Of a stretch of 64,000 nt of DNA, positions 48,470 to 58,862 are shown one piece after another; positions within the stretch are counted from its first letter, which is position 1, and each line of letters begins with the position of its first letter. The translations under genes and the position numbers were made by a program. Location: NCBI GenBank assembly GCA_965199495.1, contig CBDASK010000003.1, positions 2,432,001 through 2,496,000 of the forward strand, given 5' to 3'. This DNA is from Abditibacterium sp. Lineage in GTDB: Bacteria > Armatimonadota > Abditibacteriia > Abditibacteriales > Abditibacteriaceae. The notes below the pieces were generated by a model. It saw only the letters and a list, made by a program, of their open reading frames with translations, was not told the origin of the DNA and did not search any database.

Positions 48470-49882
48470 ATGATTCACATCTCTCAATGGTGGGCGCAAA
48501 ACTCGAACGGCAAGACGTGGCTGGCGGCGGGAGAGGACGCTTCGCTCCAAAAAATTGGCGAATTCGATTTGAGCGAGTTTTCGATTCTCGCGCTCGATGG
48601 CGCCATCGAAACCTTCGAACGCGCCGACGTGGCTGCGACGCTCGATTTGGAAAATGTCAGGGCGAACGGCGAGGCGATGGATGCGCGCGCCCAATTCGTG
48701 TTGTTGCCGCGCTACGCCAACTTAAATGGGCAACTTCAGACCAAACCGCTGGAAGCGTTTTTTGGCGATTTCCCCTTGCTCAAAAAGTGGGACGACGCGA
48801 ACCGTTTGTTGGTGTGCGATCTTTCGACGGCCCCAGCCTCGACCGCAGCCACGGCGGGCGAGACGATTTTTCACGCCGGGCCAAACGCGGCGGAAACGAT
48901 GATCGGGGTTTTGGCGCAACTGGGGCAGAAAAAATTTCGCACGATAGGATTAGATTTCCGCTTGCGTTCGGCGCCCGCCGAAGGCGCCGTGGCTCTGCCG
49001 TTGGGGCGCGGCACCGGCGAAGTGATTCTGCGGCACGATTTGGATTTGCTGCCGTTGGGCGCGCCGGGGCCGATTCGGATTTTCGTGGGCACCGACATTT
49101 CGCAGATGATCGGCGCCAAAGTTTTGCATTACAGCCTGCAAACTCACACCCCGATGACGGCGATTTTCGATTTGATGCAGGACGTGAATCCGCCCACGCC
49201 CACAGACAAAAAGAACTGGGCGCGCACCGAATTTTCGTTTCGCCGCTTCGCTATTCCTTCCAAGGCCGGTTATCAGGGACGCGGCGTTTATCTCGACGCC
49301 GATATGCAGGTTTTTCAGGATTTTCGCGAACTCTGGGACGCGCCGTTCGAGGGCGCGACCGTTTTGAGCGCGCCCTCGTCCAGTCCCACGCGCAAAGCCC
49401 AATACGCGATGATGCTGCTCGACTGCGCCCGCTTGAAATGGGACGTTGACGAGATTATCGCCGGTTTGGACGAGGAACGCTACGATTACCAGCAACTGGT
49501 CGGCGAATTGTGCATCGTGCCGCCCGAACAGACGCGCCAGAGCATTTCGTCCGATTGGAACTCGATGGAAGAGTTTACCGAGGGCAAAACGCGATTGATT
49601 CATTATACCGACTTGAATAAGCAGCCCTGGGTTTCGGCGCGCAACCCCAACGGCAATTTATGGGTGGACGAACTGGTGCGCGCGATGAAAGACGGCTTCG
49701 TTTCGCAGGGCGAAGTGGACGAGGCGATCAAAAACGGTTTCGCGCGCCCTTCGCTGGCGCGCCAAATCGCGACGCCGCGCGCTCTGTGGCCGATGTTCAA
49801 ATCTGCCGCGCGCCTTTTGGATCGCGGTTACAGACCGCACGCCGCCATCAACGCGCGCCTCTACCAGAAGACGCCCGCGTAA
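48470..49882 (+). CDS. Two-domain protein with a C-terminal GT-A (GT8-like) glycosyltransferase
   Basis: IRIFVG, TEFSFRRF, YLDADM, WNS, LIHYT..KQPW; N-terminal domain unassigned. Confidence 0.72.
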   Translation: MIHISQWWAQNSNGKTWLAAGEDASLQKIGEFDLSEFSILALDGAIETFERADVAATLDLENVRANGEAMDARAQFVLLPRYANLNGQLQTKPLEAFFGDFPLLKKWDDANRLLVCDLSTAPASTAATAGETIFHAGPNAAETMIGVLAQLGQKKFRTIGLDFRLRSAPAEGAVALPLGRGTGEVILRHDLDLLPLGAPGPIRIFVGTDISQMIGAKVLHYSLQTHTPMTAIFDLMQDVNPPTPTDKKNWARTEFSFRRFAIPSKAGYQGRGVYLDADMQVFQDFRELWDAPFEGATVLSAPSSSPTRKAQYAMMLLDCARLKWDVDEIIAGLDEERYDYQQLVGELCIVPPEQTRQSISSDWNSMEEFTEGKTRLIHYTDLNKQPWVSARNPNGNLWVDELVRAMKDGFVSQGEVDEAIKNGFARPSLARQIATPRALWPMFKSAARLLDRGYRPHAAINARLYQKTPA

Positions 49883-49973
49883 TTTTATTCGCGTTCTGAA
49901 ATGGAAATTACTCGCGCCCAAAGCCTGAATTAAGCGTGAAATAACCGGTGATTGCGCGCGAGTGCGCTTTGAG

Positions 49974-50999
49974 ATGACTTTATCGAATCCTAATCCGCGC
50001 ACAATTGGCGTTATTAATTACCGGCACATGGGCGATGTGTTGTGTTCGTTTCCGGCGCTCTTGGCGCTGCGAACCCGGTGGCCCGAAGCCAAAATCGTGG
50101 TTTTGGCGGCGCCGCTGGGTTGCGCATTATTGCCGGGTTGCGGGCTGAGTGACGTGACGGTCGCGATTTCGCGCGACTGGCGTGGTTTGGTGACGGGCGT
50201 GCGCGCTTTGCGGCGCGAGCGCGCAGATTTGGTGATTTGCCTGCAAAACTCGCGGCGCCTGCGCACAATGTCGCGCTTATCGGGCGCGCGCGATCGCGTC
50301 GGGTTTGAGGGAGGCCGCAGCGAGAATTTTTTGACGCAAACCGTCGAGAAAGAAGGCCCGCCCTGGCTTTTTGACGATCTGCGTTTGGTCGAGGCGCTGG
50401 GTTGCGCGCCGGTTCAAAACGACATCGCCGGCTTATTGAATCTCAGCGACGCCGAGCGCACGCGCGCCGCGCAGTGGCTGCAAGAGCAGGGCGTGGGCGA
50501 AAACGAGCGTTTGATCGGCGTTAATCTGGGCGCCTCGGACGAGCGGCGCGTGTGGCCGCTGGAAAATTTCGCGCGCGTGGTGAACGCGCTGCAAGAGCAG
50601 GAGCGCGCGCGCGTCGTTTTGTTGGGCGGCCCCACCGATATAGCGCGCATTGAGGCGTTGCAACTGTTGCTCGCGCGGCGCGCCTTGCGGTGCGCGGGCG
50701 AGTTTTCGCCGCGCGAAACGGCGGCTTTGCTCGAACGTTGCGCGGTTTTGGTCACCAACGACAGCGGCCCGATGCACCTGTCTATCGCCGTCAAAACTCC
50801 GGTCGTAGGCTTGTTTGGGCCGGTCGCCGCCGCGCACCGTCTGCCGCCGGGATACGGCCACATCGGTTTGGAACACAACGCGCCATGCCGCGCCGTGCGC
50901 CCGTTCGGTTGCGTCGAAGAACGCACTTGCGCGCTCTGCCATTGTTTGCTCGCCATCACGCCCGATGAGGTCGTGGAAGCGGCGCTTTCGCGGTTGTAA
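49974..50999 (+). CDS. GT9 ADP-heptose:LPS heptosyltransferase family
   Basis: HMGDV, NLGAS..RRVW, NDSGPMHL, GLFGP. Confidence 0.88.
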   Translation: MTLSNPNPRTIGVINYRHMGDVLCSFPALLALRTRWPEAKIVVLAAPLGCALLPGCGLSDVTVAISRDWRGLVTGVRALRRERADLVICLQNSRRLRTMSRLSGARDRVGFEGGRSENFLTQTVEKEGPPWLFDDLRLVEALGCAPVQNDIAGLLNLSDAERTRAAQWLQEQGVGENERLIGVNLGASDERRVWPLENFARVVNALQEQERARVVLLGGPTDIARIEALQLLLARRALRCAGEFSPRETAALLERCAVLVTNDSGPMHLSIAVKTPVVGLFGPVAAAHRLPPGYGHIGLEHNAPCRAVRPFGCVEERTCALCHCLLAITPDEVVEAALSRL

Positions 51000-51009
51000 A
51001 TGTGCCGCA

Positions 51010-52395
51010 TCAACCTGATTGGCGCGCATCCGCCGCGTCTACGGCGTCCACTAAAATTTGCAGCGTGCGCGCAAAAGCTTGGTTTTGCGCGGCGAGCAAA
51101 GCATCGGCTTTCTCGCCCAACGCGCGGCGCAAGTCGGGCGAATCGAGCAGCCACGTCCAGTGCGCGGCCAACTCGGCGGGCGTGTGAACGCGAAAACCCA
51201 CGCCCGCCGCTTCGCACAGATTTTGCTCGACCGCGAAGTTGCCGCTTTTGGGGCCGTAAGCCACGGGCTTCGACCAGACCAACGGTTCGGTGACGTTTTG
51301 CGAGCCTGAAAAGATCGAGCCGCCCACGAAAATGCCGCTGGCCCACCGGTAAACCGTCAACAATTCGCCCAGAGTATCGAGCAGCAAAATATCAATGCTT
51401 GCGCCCGAACGTTCTTGGTGCATTTGTGAGCGGCGCGCGAGGCGCAATCCGCGTTGTTCCACCAACTGCGCGATTTCGTCGGCGCGTTTGGGGCGGCGCG
51501 GCGCCAACAGCAAAACCGGTGGCGGCCCCTCGTGACTCCAGTTCTCGCGGACGATTTGAAAGGCTTCCAACACCCAATTCTCTTCGTCAGGGTGCGTGCT
51601 GCCCGCGACCAAAAGTGGGGCAGCGCCCGCGTTGGTTTCGATCCAGACGCGCAAACTCGCTTCTTTGGCGGCGTCGAAAGGAGGGCGCTGGTGAGGAAAT
51701 TTGATGCTGCCGACGACGTGAGACTGCGCCGTCGCGGGCGCCAGATTCTCTACGTTTGGCAGATAATCCGGCGTCGTGAGCGTAATTGCGCGCAGACCGC
51801 GCAACTGCCAACGCTTGAACTTAACGCTTGGCGAAGAGCCTTCGTTGGCTCGCTTGATGCTCAGGCGCGCGTGAACGATGACGAAAGGCACGCGCTGCAC
51901 CCATAAGCTGCGGATGAGCGCGGAATAATTAAATTTCTCGTAAAACACCACCAAATCGGGGCGCGCGCGCGCGTGCCAGCGCGCCACGGCCCACACGTTA
52001 TCAAACGGCTTGGGCAAAACTTCTTCGTCGGTTAATCGAGACGCGGTTTCAATGGCTTCGCGCTCCATGACCGTGAAGACCAGACGGGCATCAGGGCGCG
52101 CCTGGCGTAGCGCGCGCGCAAGCGGCGCGATGGTGGCGACTTCGCCCCAACCATCGGCGATAATCGCGACGCGTGGCCCCTTTTTACTGTTTTCTCTCTC
52201 TGAGAGCGACGGCGTGGCTGCTTCGGGGAAATCAATGCTCCAGCGCGCCGGATCGAACTCGAAAGTGAAACCGTGATGGCGCATTCGTCGCCACTTTCGC
52301 CATAGGAAAACGGGCGCGCCTATCAAGCAAGCCGCGCTGTAGGCCAGCAGCCCGCCGTCGCGCAAAAGCGCCGCTAAAATTTTGGCTGATTTCAT
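51010..52395 (-). CDS. waaA: 3-deoxy-D-manno-octulosonic acid (Kdo) transferase-like (GT30)
   Basis: GEV, GSIKF, VAGSTH..EE, LAPR.P.R, LDTLGEL, FVGGS...QN..EP; ATGA overlap with the upstream GT9. Confidence 0.8.
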   Translation of the reverse strand: MKSAKILAALLRDGGLLAYSAACLIGAPVFLWRKWRRMRHHGFTFEFDPARWSIDFPEAATPSLSERENSKKGPRVAIIADGWGEVATIAPLARALRQARPDARLVFTVMEREAIETASRLTDEEVLPKPFDNVWAVARWHARARPDLVVFYEKFNYSALIRSLWVQRVPFVIVHARLSIKRANEGSSPSVKFKRWQLRGLRAITLTTPDYLPNVENLAPATAQSHVVGSIKFPHQRPPFDAAKEASLRVWIETNAGAAPLLVAGSTHPDEENWVLEAFQIVRENWSHEGPPPVLLLAPRRPKRADEIAQLVEQRGLRLARRSQMHQERSGASIDILLLDTLGELLTVYRWASGIFVGGSIFSGSQNVTEPLVWSKPVAYGPKSGNFAVEQNLCEAAGVGFRVHTPAELAAHWTWLLDSPDLRRALGEKADALLAAQNQAFARTLQILVDAVDAADARQSG

Positions 52396-53417
52396 CGCGC
52401 CGCCTCGCGCGCTTTGCTCAACTGCACGCGCGCCGCCACGACGACTTCGGCGGGCGCAATCGCCGCCAGACAGGAGCAATGCGACTCGAACGCGCATTTG
52501 GCGAGCGGCAAATTTTGGCAAACCGCGTTATGTTCGAGCGCGATATGCCCGCGATGCGGCACCATGCGAAGCGCCGCCGGAACGAGGCCAAACAACGCGA
52601 CGGTCGGCGTATCAACGGCCATCGCGAGGTGCATTGGCCCGGTATCGCCGGAAATAAAAGTCGCGCAACGTTCGATGAGCGCCGCCGATTGGCGCGGCGA
52701 AAACTCGCCCGCCGCAATAATTAGCGGCGCGCTGACCAGCGTTTTTAATTCTTCGATCATCGGCAAATCGTTTGGCCCGCCGAAGACGATAATTTGCGCC
52801 TCGTCGCTCAATGCGTTGGCGACTGCCGCGAAATTTGACACGCTCCAACGCCGCCGCTCGACACTGGCGCCCATGTTAAGACCAACCAATGGTTTTTCCA
52901 CGCCAACGTTTTGGTCGCCCAGCCAACGAACAGCCACGGCGCGTTCGTCGTCGGAAATTCGCAGCAATCCAACGTAATCGGTTCGCCTCGCCGGAGCGCC
53001 CAACGCGCGCGCCATTTCCAGATCGAGCGCCGTAGATTGCAAACCGTCCCACGGCACTTTGAGATTGAGCGTGAAGGTATGTTTGGTCGGCGCGAACCCC
53101 GCGCGCACGCGAGCGCCCGATAATTTCGCCATCGCCGCGACGCGAAAGGTGCTGGAAAAACAGACCGCGACATCGGGTTTTTCGCGCCGAATTTGGGCCA
53201 GCGCGCGCAGGTTATCGCGCCATTTGCGCTGGTGCAAAATTAACCCATCGGCCAATCCGGCGCCCTCGAACAAATTCATTGGCAACGGAGCCGCCACGCA
53301 GATAATGCGCGCGTCCGGCCAACGCGCCCGCATCGCCAATATCGCCGGGAACGAACCCAGCGCATCGCCCATATGACGATGGTTGAAAATAACGAGGGTG
53401 CGCGGCTCAAAATTCAT
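52392..53417 (-). CDS. GT9 ADP-heptose:LPS heptosyltransferase family (second paralogue)
   Basis: HMGDA, NMGAS..RRRW, GDTGPMHL, ALFG. Confidence 0.88.
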   Translation of the reverse strand: MNFEPRTLVIFNHRHMGDALGSFPAILAMRARWPDARIICVAAPLPMNLFEGAGLADGLILHQRKWRDNLRALAQIRREKPDVAVCFSSTFRVAAMAKLSGARVRAGFAPTKHTFTLNLKVPWDGLQSTALDLEMARALGAPARRTDYVGLLRISDDERAVAVRWLGDQNVGVEKPLVGLNMGASVERRRWSVSNFAAVANALSDEAQIIVFGGPNDLPMIEELKTLVSAPLIIAAGEFSPRQSAALIERCATFISGDTGPMHLAMAVDTPTVALFGLVPAALRMVPHRGHIALEHNAVCQNLPLAKCAFESHCSCLAAIAPAEVVVAARVQLSKAREAAR

Positions 53418-53457
53418 GCGGAAAAGCGGACGATAGTTTAGCCCGCACTTCGTTGGT

Positions 53458-54786
53458 TTAACCGATGCCCAGCAGGCTCGTTATCAACAAAATCAACGTC
53501 AAAACGATCAGAATTATCACCGTCGTCCACGCGACCAAATTGCCCCACAAGCCGTTGACGTAATCTTTCATCAAGCGTTTGTCGTTGACCAATTTCAACA
53601 TGAAAATCAGCACGACCGGCAGCAGCATACCGTTGAGATTTTGCGAAATCAGCATCGCCGATAAGGGCGAAATGCCGGGTAGCAAAACCGTGGCGGCGCC
53701 AATGAACAAAGTCGCCGAGAAGATGCCGTAAAAGAGCGGCGCCTGTTTGCTGGTTTTTTGCAAACCGATTTCCCAGCCGAACGCCTCGCACCACGTATAA
53801 GCCGTCGCCAGTGGTAACACGGCGGCGGCGAGCAACGACGCCGCCAGCAAGCCGACGGCGAACAAAGTCGTGCCGATGTGTCCGAGCGGAATCGAAAGTG
53901 CCTGTGCGATTTGTTCGGTGCTTTCGACTTTGAGTTGCCCGCTTTTGACGAGCGGATACAACGTGGCTGCGGTGCAGACGATGATGAACCAGCCGACCAA
54001 ATCGGTGACAAAAGCGCCCAGATAAACGTCGGCTTTTTGGTAGCGGTAACCCGCCACGCGAATGCCTCTGTCCACCATATTCGATTGCAAAAAGAACTGC
54101 ATCCACGGCGCGATGGTGGTGCCGACGACGCCGACGCAGAGCAGCAAAAACGCGCTGTCGCCGGTAAAATTGGGCGTCACGGTTTGATGCAAAATCTGCG
54201 GCCACGTCACGCCCGAATCGGGTTTGCCGACGGCTTCGATGGCAGCGATGACGTAAGTGACTTGAATCAGGCAGATCGCCAAAAATATGCGTTCGACAAT
54301 GCGAAATGGGCCGCGCGTGACCAAAAGCCACATGAACAAAGCAGCCACCGGGACGGTGAGCCATTTGGATAAACCGAACAGTTCGCCCGCCGCGATGACT
54401 CCGGCGAACTCGGCGACGACGGTGGCGGTGTTGGCCACGAACATCACGCCCAGAGCGAACAGCGTCCACGAAACGCCGTATTGTTCGCGAATTAATTCGC
54501 CCAAACCTTTTTGCGTGACGGCGCCCATACGCGCGGCCATCTCCTGCACGAGGGCCAAAACAAAAGTAATAGCGACCAGCAGAAACAGCATCCGGTAGCC
54601 GTAATTGGCGCCCGCGTAGGAATAGGTGCCGATGCCACCCGCATCGTTGCCCGCCAAAGCCGAAATTAGGCCGGGGCCGAGCGCGGCCATGTATAAACCC
54701 AAAGTGGAGCGCGAGGGAAAACGTTGGCGCAACCCCGCTAAACGCGATGGGAGTTTGGTGCGGACGTTGGGAGGAACTGTGGCCAT
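53458..54786 (-). CDS. NRAMP-family divalent metal transporter (Mg-type subgroup)
   Basis: GPGLI...GNDAGGI.TY, QEM.AR, GTTIAPW. Confidence 0.88.
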   Translation of the reverse strand: MATVPPNVRTKLPSRLAGLRQRFPSRSTLGLYMAALGPGLISALAGNDAGGIGTYSYAGANYGYRMLFLLVAITFVLALVQEMAARMGAVTQKGLGELIREQYGVSWTLFALGVMFVANTATVVAEFAGVIAAGELFGLSKWLTVPVAALFMWLLVTRGPFRIVERIFLAICLIQVTYVIAAIEAVGKPDSGVTWPQILHQTVTPNFTGDSAFLLLCVGVVGTTIAPWMQFFLQSNMVDRGIRVAGYRYQKADVYLGAFVTDLVGWFIIVCTAATLYPLVKSGQLKVESTEQIAQALSIPLGHIGTTLFAVGLLAASLLAAAVLPLATAYTWCEAFGWEIGLQKTSKQAPLFYGIFSATLFIGAATVLLPGISPLSAMLISQNLNGMLLPVVLIFMLKLVNDKRLMKDYVNGLWGNLVAWTTVIILIVLTLILLITSLLGIG

Positions 54787-54997
54787 AAGTGCGGCTCCTC
54801 CGTGGGCATAACGAGAGCGTTCATAAAGTGAAAAACCTTAGAGGTTATACTCTTTTTTCGCGCGTTTCGCCATCAGGAAATCCACAATTCTCTCCGCAAA
54901 TGAAACGTAATCCATCGGTTTTCTGACATCAAATTCCTCCGTTCTCACGCGTCATGAAGCCGACAAAATTATCTATAATTTGCCGCAGAATTTCCTT

Positions 54998-56857
54998 ATG
55001 TTTCGTTTTTCCTCGTTCACAATTCTGTTGCCTGTTCTGCTTTGCCTCGCGGTCTGCAAGGTGCCGCAGATTCGGGCGCAAACCGCAGAGAAGCCAGCCG
55101 CGTTGCCGCCCAATCAAGCGGTTTTGGCGTCCGACGCGTTGGAAAAAATCAACTGGCCCAACGCGCAAACCTTTGATGTGAACGGCCAAACTTTCGCGCG
55201 CGCTTTGCGCGTGCGCGTGCCGCCAACCCAGGGCGAAAGCAACGCGGTTCAAATCACGATTAACAACGGCGCGCCCGTGAAAAAAGGCGATGTTTTGCTG
55301 GCGACCTTCGCCGCGCGCGGACAAGCCACGGCGCGTGAACCGGGCGCAGAGGCGGGCGCGGCGCAGATCATGTTTCTCTTCGAGGGCAGTTCCGAGCCGT
55401 GGACGAAAAGCGTGACGCGCGGTATTTCGCTGCCGAGCGCAACCGTGTGGCGACGCGTCGCGATTCCGTTTGTCGCGCAGCAAGATTATGCGACGGGCGC
55501 GGCGATGGCCTCGTTGCGGCTGGCGTTTGGCGAGCAAACCATCGAACTCGCCGATTTGCAAGTGCGCGATTTTGGCGACGCCATTTCGCTCGAAAAAATG
55601 CGCGCAATCGCCGCCAATCTGTCGCCTTTGGGCGCGCTCGATGTGACGATAAACGCGGCACACACGCGCCAGACGATGCGCGGTTTGGGCGGTAACTATA
55701 CGGCTGGCGGACGCGAAGGTTGGGGCACGGTCAACGACCATGTCGCGCAATATACGCGCGCCCATCTTCATCCGGTTCATGCGCGCCTTGGTTTTTCGCT
55801 CAAGTTGTGGCAACCCCAAGCCGGTGGCTCGTTCGTGACGGACGGAAAAAACGGCGAAGTGTTGAAAATGGCGGGCGAATTCGCCGCCCGCAAAGTGCCG
55901 ATGACGGCGAGTATTTGGGAAGCGCCCGCTTGGATGACGACTAACGAAGGCGACCGCAAAATCATTCCCGAAGCGCAGTGGGACGCGGCGATTAACGCCA
56001 TCGCGGCGTTTTTGGAGCGCGCGCAAAAACAGGGCGCGCCCATCGAAACGCTGTCGTTTAACGAAGCCGATTGGGGCGTTGATATTCACTGGGCGCCCGC
56101 GCGTCTGGCCGCCTTTATCAAGCGCGCCGCGCCCGAATTCGCGCGGCGCGGTTTGAAGACAAAATGGCTCGTCGGGGACACAACCAGTGGCGCGGCTCTG
56201 GTGGATTACGCGCGCCCACTGCTCGAAGACGCCGAATTGCGCCCATTTCTGGGGCCAATCGCCTTTCATGGCTGGGACGCGCTGGGCGCCAGCGACGCGA
56301 CTTATCGCGCGATTTACCAATTGGCCGCCAAATACCATCGCGAAGTCTGGTGCCTCGAAGCCGGTTCGGACTCGTCGGCGTGGCAACTCGATCCGAAAGT
56401 GTGGCCGACATGGAACTACGCGCTCGACGTGGCTGTGGTCTACGCCGTAACTATCGCCGAGGCGCGCGCGAGTGTCGTGGATTATTGGACGTATCGCGAC
56501 GATTATCCGCTCGTTGACAAAGATAATCAGCCCTATCCGGTTTTCGGGGTTCTGCAGCAATTCAATCGCGCGTTTGGCGCGGGCACGCGAATCGTCGAAG
56601 CGAACGCGCCCAGCGCCGACTTGCGCGTCTTAGCGGGCGTCAAACCCGATGGCACAACGGTGGCAATGCTGATTAATCCCATCGGCGCCGGGCAGGTGAC
56701 ATTGCGCGGATTGAAACCCCATTCTACCGTGACATTCACACTTTCAGACGAAAAAGGGCAGGGCGTGAAATTTTTTGAACAATCAACTGTGAGCGCAAAC
56801 GGCGCCGTCATTTGCGCGTTGCCCGCGCGTTCGATAATGTTTGTCCAAACAAAGTAA
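54998..56857 (+). CDS. Secreted clan GH-A (GH30-like) glycoside hydrolase with an N-terminal CBM-like domain
   Basis: Signal peptide; jelly-roll-like N-domain; QTMRGLGG, SFNEAD (acid/base), AFHGW, WCLEAG (nucleophile), LPARSI C-terminal sandwich. Confidence 0.68.
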   Translation: MFRFSSFTILLPVLLCLAVCKVPQIRAQTAEKPAALPPNQAVLASDALEKINWPNAQTFDVNGQTFARALRVRVPPTQGESNAVQITINNGAPVKKGDVLLATFAARGQATAREPGAEAGAAQIMFLFEGSSEPWTKSVTRGISLPSATVWRRVAIPFVAQQDYATGAAMASLRLAFGEQTIELADLQVRDFGDAISLEKMRAIAANLSPLGALDVTINAAHTRQTMRGLGGNYTAGGREGWGTVNDHVAQYTRAHLHPVHARLGFSLKLWQPQAGGSFVTDGKNGEVLKMAGEFAARKVPMTASIWEAPAWMTTNEGDRKIIPEAQWDAAINAIAAFLERAQKQGAPIETLSFNEADWGVDIHWAPARLAAFIKRAAPEFARRGLKTKWLVGDTTSGAALVDYARPLLEDAELRPFLGPIAFHGWDALGASDATYRAIYQLAAKYHREVWCLEAGSDSSAWQLDPKVWPTWNYALDVAVVYAVTIAEARASVVDYWTYRDDYPLVDKDNQPYPVFGVLQQFNRAFGAGTRIVEANAPSADLRVLAGVKPDGTTVAMLINPIGAGQVTLRGLKPHSTVTFTLSDEKGQGVKFFEQSTVSANGAVICALPARSIMFVQTK

Positions 56858-56890
56858 TTCCAAATCGCATCGCCACTATTTACTCAATCC

Positions 56891-58780
56891 ATGCTTTCTC
56901 CCACTTCTTCCACTCCGACGACCGGCACTTTGACCGACGCGATTTTGCCGGTCGCCTCGGCCAATTCCAACGAGTTGCTCGTCGAACTTTCGCAGACTTC
57001 GCTCGCCGAGGCCGACGAAATTCTCAAGGCCACGCTCGAAGAAGCGATGCAAGCCGTCGGCGGCACGCGCGCGTTTCTGGCCTTAGTTGACATGGGTTCG
57101 GGTGAACTCGCGCTGCGCTTCACCACGGGCGAAGGCTGGACGGACGAGATTCGGCGGCGCCGCGTCAACGTCGAAAACGCGGCGCATATCGGCAGCGCGC
57201 GGCGCGGCATCACGCGTCACGTCGTGGTCAACAGCAAGCCCTATTGGACGGGCGATGTGCTGGCCGACCCGCATTATATCGGCTTTTTCGACGACGTGAA
57301 ATCCGAAATCGCAATGCCACTGCGCAGCTCGAACGGCGGTACGATTGGCGTGATCAACATCGAATCGCCCGACGCCGATAAGTTCAACGATTCGCACATC
57401 GAAGTTCTGGCGCCGCTCTGCCGCCGCGCCGCGATTATCGTGGCAATGGCCGAGCATCAATTGCGCGAGGAAGCCTTGGTCGCCATTGGCCGCGATTTGA
57501 ACTCCGCCGCCGATCTGGAAATGCTGATTCACGATGTGGTGAATCAGGCGACGAAAATTCTGCGCGCCGAAGATTGTTCGCTGTTTCTGATGGACGAGGC
57601 AGGCGAAATGCTCGAACTCGTCGCCTCGCAAGGCCCGCTCGATAAAGAATCGGGACAGCACACGGTGAAATATCGGTTGGGCGAGGGTTTGACCGGTTGG
57701 GTCGCGCAAAATGGCCGCGTGATTCGCGTGGGCGACCCGCGCACCGATTCGCGTTGGAAGGGCGTTTTCGAGGAAGCGCCGCCCGCCGAAACCGCCGCTT
57801 TGATGGCCGTTCCCGTTCACACGCAGCGCCAGAAAACCGGAGTTTTGCGCGTGGTGCGCCATCGCAAAGGCTCGCTCTATTTTTTGCCGCAAGAGTTCAC
57901 TCAGGCCGACGAAGACATTCTGGTCACGCTGGCGGGCCAACTCGCCGTGGCTATTGATCGGACGCGACTCACCGAGCGGCTTTTGGGCGCCGAACGCATG
58001 GCCGCCTGGGGCGAAATGAGCGCGCGCGCCGCGCACATGATCGGCAATACGGTGTTTGGCGTCAAAGGTCATCTCAACGAACTGAATTACGTTCTCAAAG
58101 AAAGCGAAAAAGACGATGAAGAATGGACGGACGTGAAAGAACTGACCAGCCACGTCACGCGCGGCTTATATCGTTTGGAAGGGATTTTAGGCGAATTTCG
58201 CGATTTCGTGCTGGCGACGCAGCTTCATACGGTTCAAAGCGACATCAACGGAATTTTGAGTAACGTCACCAAAGAAACTTTTCCCAAGCACACCGAAATT
58301 GATTTGATTTTGAGTCTCGCGCCCGATTTGCCGCCGGTTCTGGCCGATGAAGTGAAACTCAAGCGTGCCTTTGGCGAACTCATCGAAAACTCGATTGATT
58401 TTCAGCCCGAAGGTGGCCAACTCACGGTGAAAAGCTCGCTTACGACACAAAAAGCTATCGCTCATCTGACGCGGGCGCAGTTCGCCACGCCGATTGTGCG
58501 CATTGACTTTATAGACCACGGCCCCGGTCTGAGCGAGCAAGACCGCGCGCGCGTTTTCCAGCCGTTTTATACCAAAAAAGCCAAAGGCATGGGATTGGGA
58601 CTTTCGATTGTCAAAGGTATTATCGAGGCGCACGGTGGCGCGATTTTAGAAATCGGCAATGAAGACGAATTAGGAAAAGGCGCGCATTTCGTGGTGTTTT
58701 TGCCGACGGTGAGCGGCAAAGAACGGCGGCCCCGCCACGAAAATAATGGAAGCGGCAAGCAGGAGATGGAGAAAAGCTAA
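56891..58780 (+). CDS. Soluble GAF-GAF sensor histidine kinase
   Basis: Two GAF domains; AHMIGN H-box; ELIENS, DHGPG, FQPFYT, GMGLGL. Confidence 0.9.
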   Translation: MLSPTSSTPTTGTLTDAILPVASANSNELLVELSQTSLAEADEILKATLEEAMQAVGGTRAFLALVDMGSGELALRFTTGEGWTDEIRRRRVNVENAAHIGSARRGITRHVVVNSKPYWTGDVLADPHYIGFFDDVKSEIAMPLRSSNGGTIGVINIESPDADKFNDSHIEVLAPLCRRAAIIVAMAEHQLREEALVAIGRDLNSAADLEMLIHDVVNQATKILRAEDCSLFLMDEAGEMLELVASQGPLDKESGQHTVKYRLGEGLTGWVAQNGRVIRVGDPRTDSRWKGVFEEAPPAETAALMAVPVHTQRQKTGVLRVVRHRKGSLYFLPQEFTQADEDILVTLAGQLAVAIDRTRLTERLLGAERMAAWGEMSARAAHMIGNTVFGVKGHLNELNYVLKESEKDDEEWTDVKELTSHVTRGLYRLEGILGEFRDFVLATQLHTVQSDINGILSNVTKETFPKHTEIDLILSLAPDLPPVLADEVKLKRAFGELIENSIDFQPEGGQLTVKSSLTTQKAIAHLTRAQFATPIVRIDFIDHGPGLSEQDRARVFQPFYTKKAKGMGLGLSIVKGIIEAHGGAILEIGNEDELGKGAHFVVFLPTVSGKERRPRHENNGSGKQEMEKS

Positions 58781-58837
58781 AGCATAAAAGGAGAAATTCT
58801 ACTTTTTATTCTCTATCCTTCGGCTTTCATCCTTTCT
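58771..58837. repeat. Short degenerate heptamer palindrome
   Basis: gaaaagctaaagcataaaaggagaa ... ttctctatccttcggctttcatcctttct. Confidence 0.4.
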
Positions 58838-58862
58838 CCGTGCCATACTAAACCGTTCAATT

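Noticed and set aside
54929..56560. 543 aa minus-strand ORF
   Set aside because: Shadow of the + strand hydrolase, which has a signal peptide and catalytic motifs
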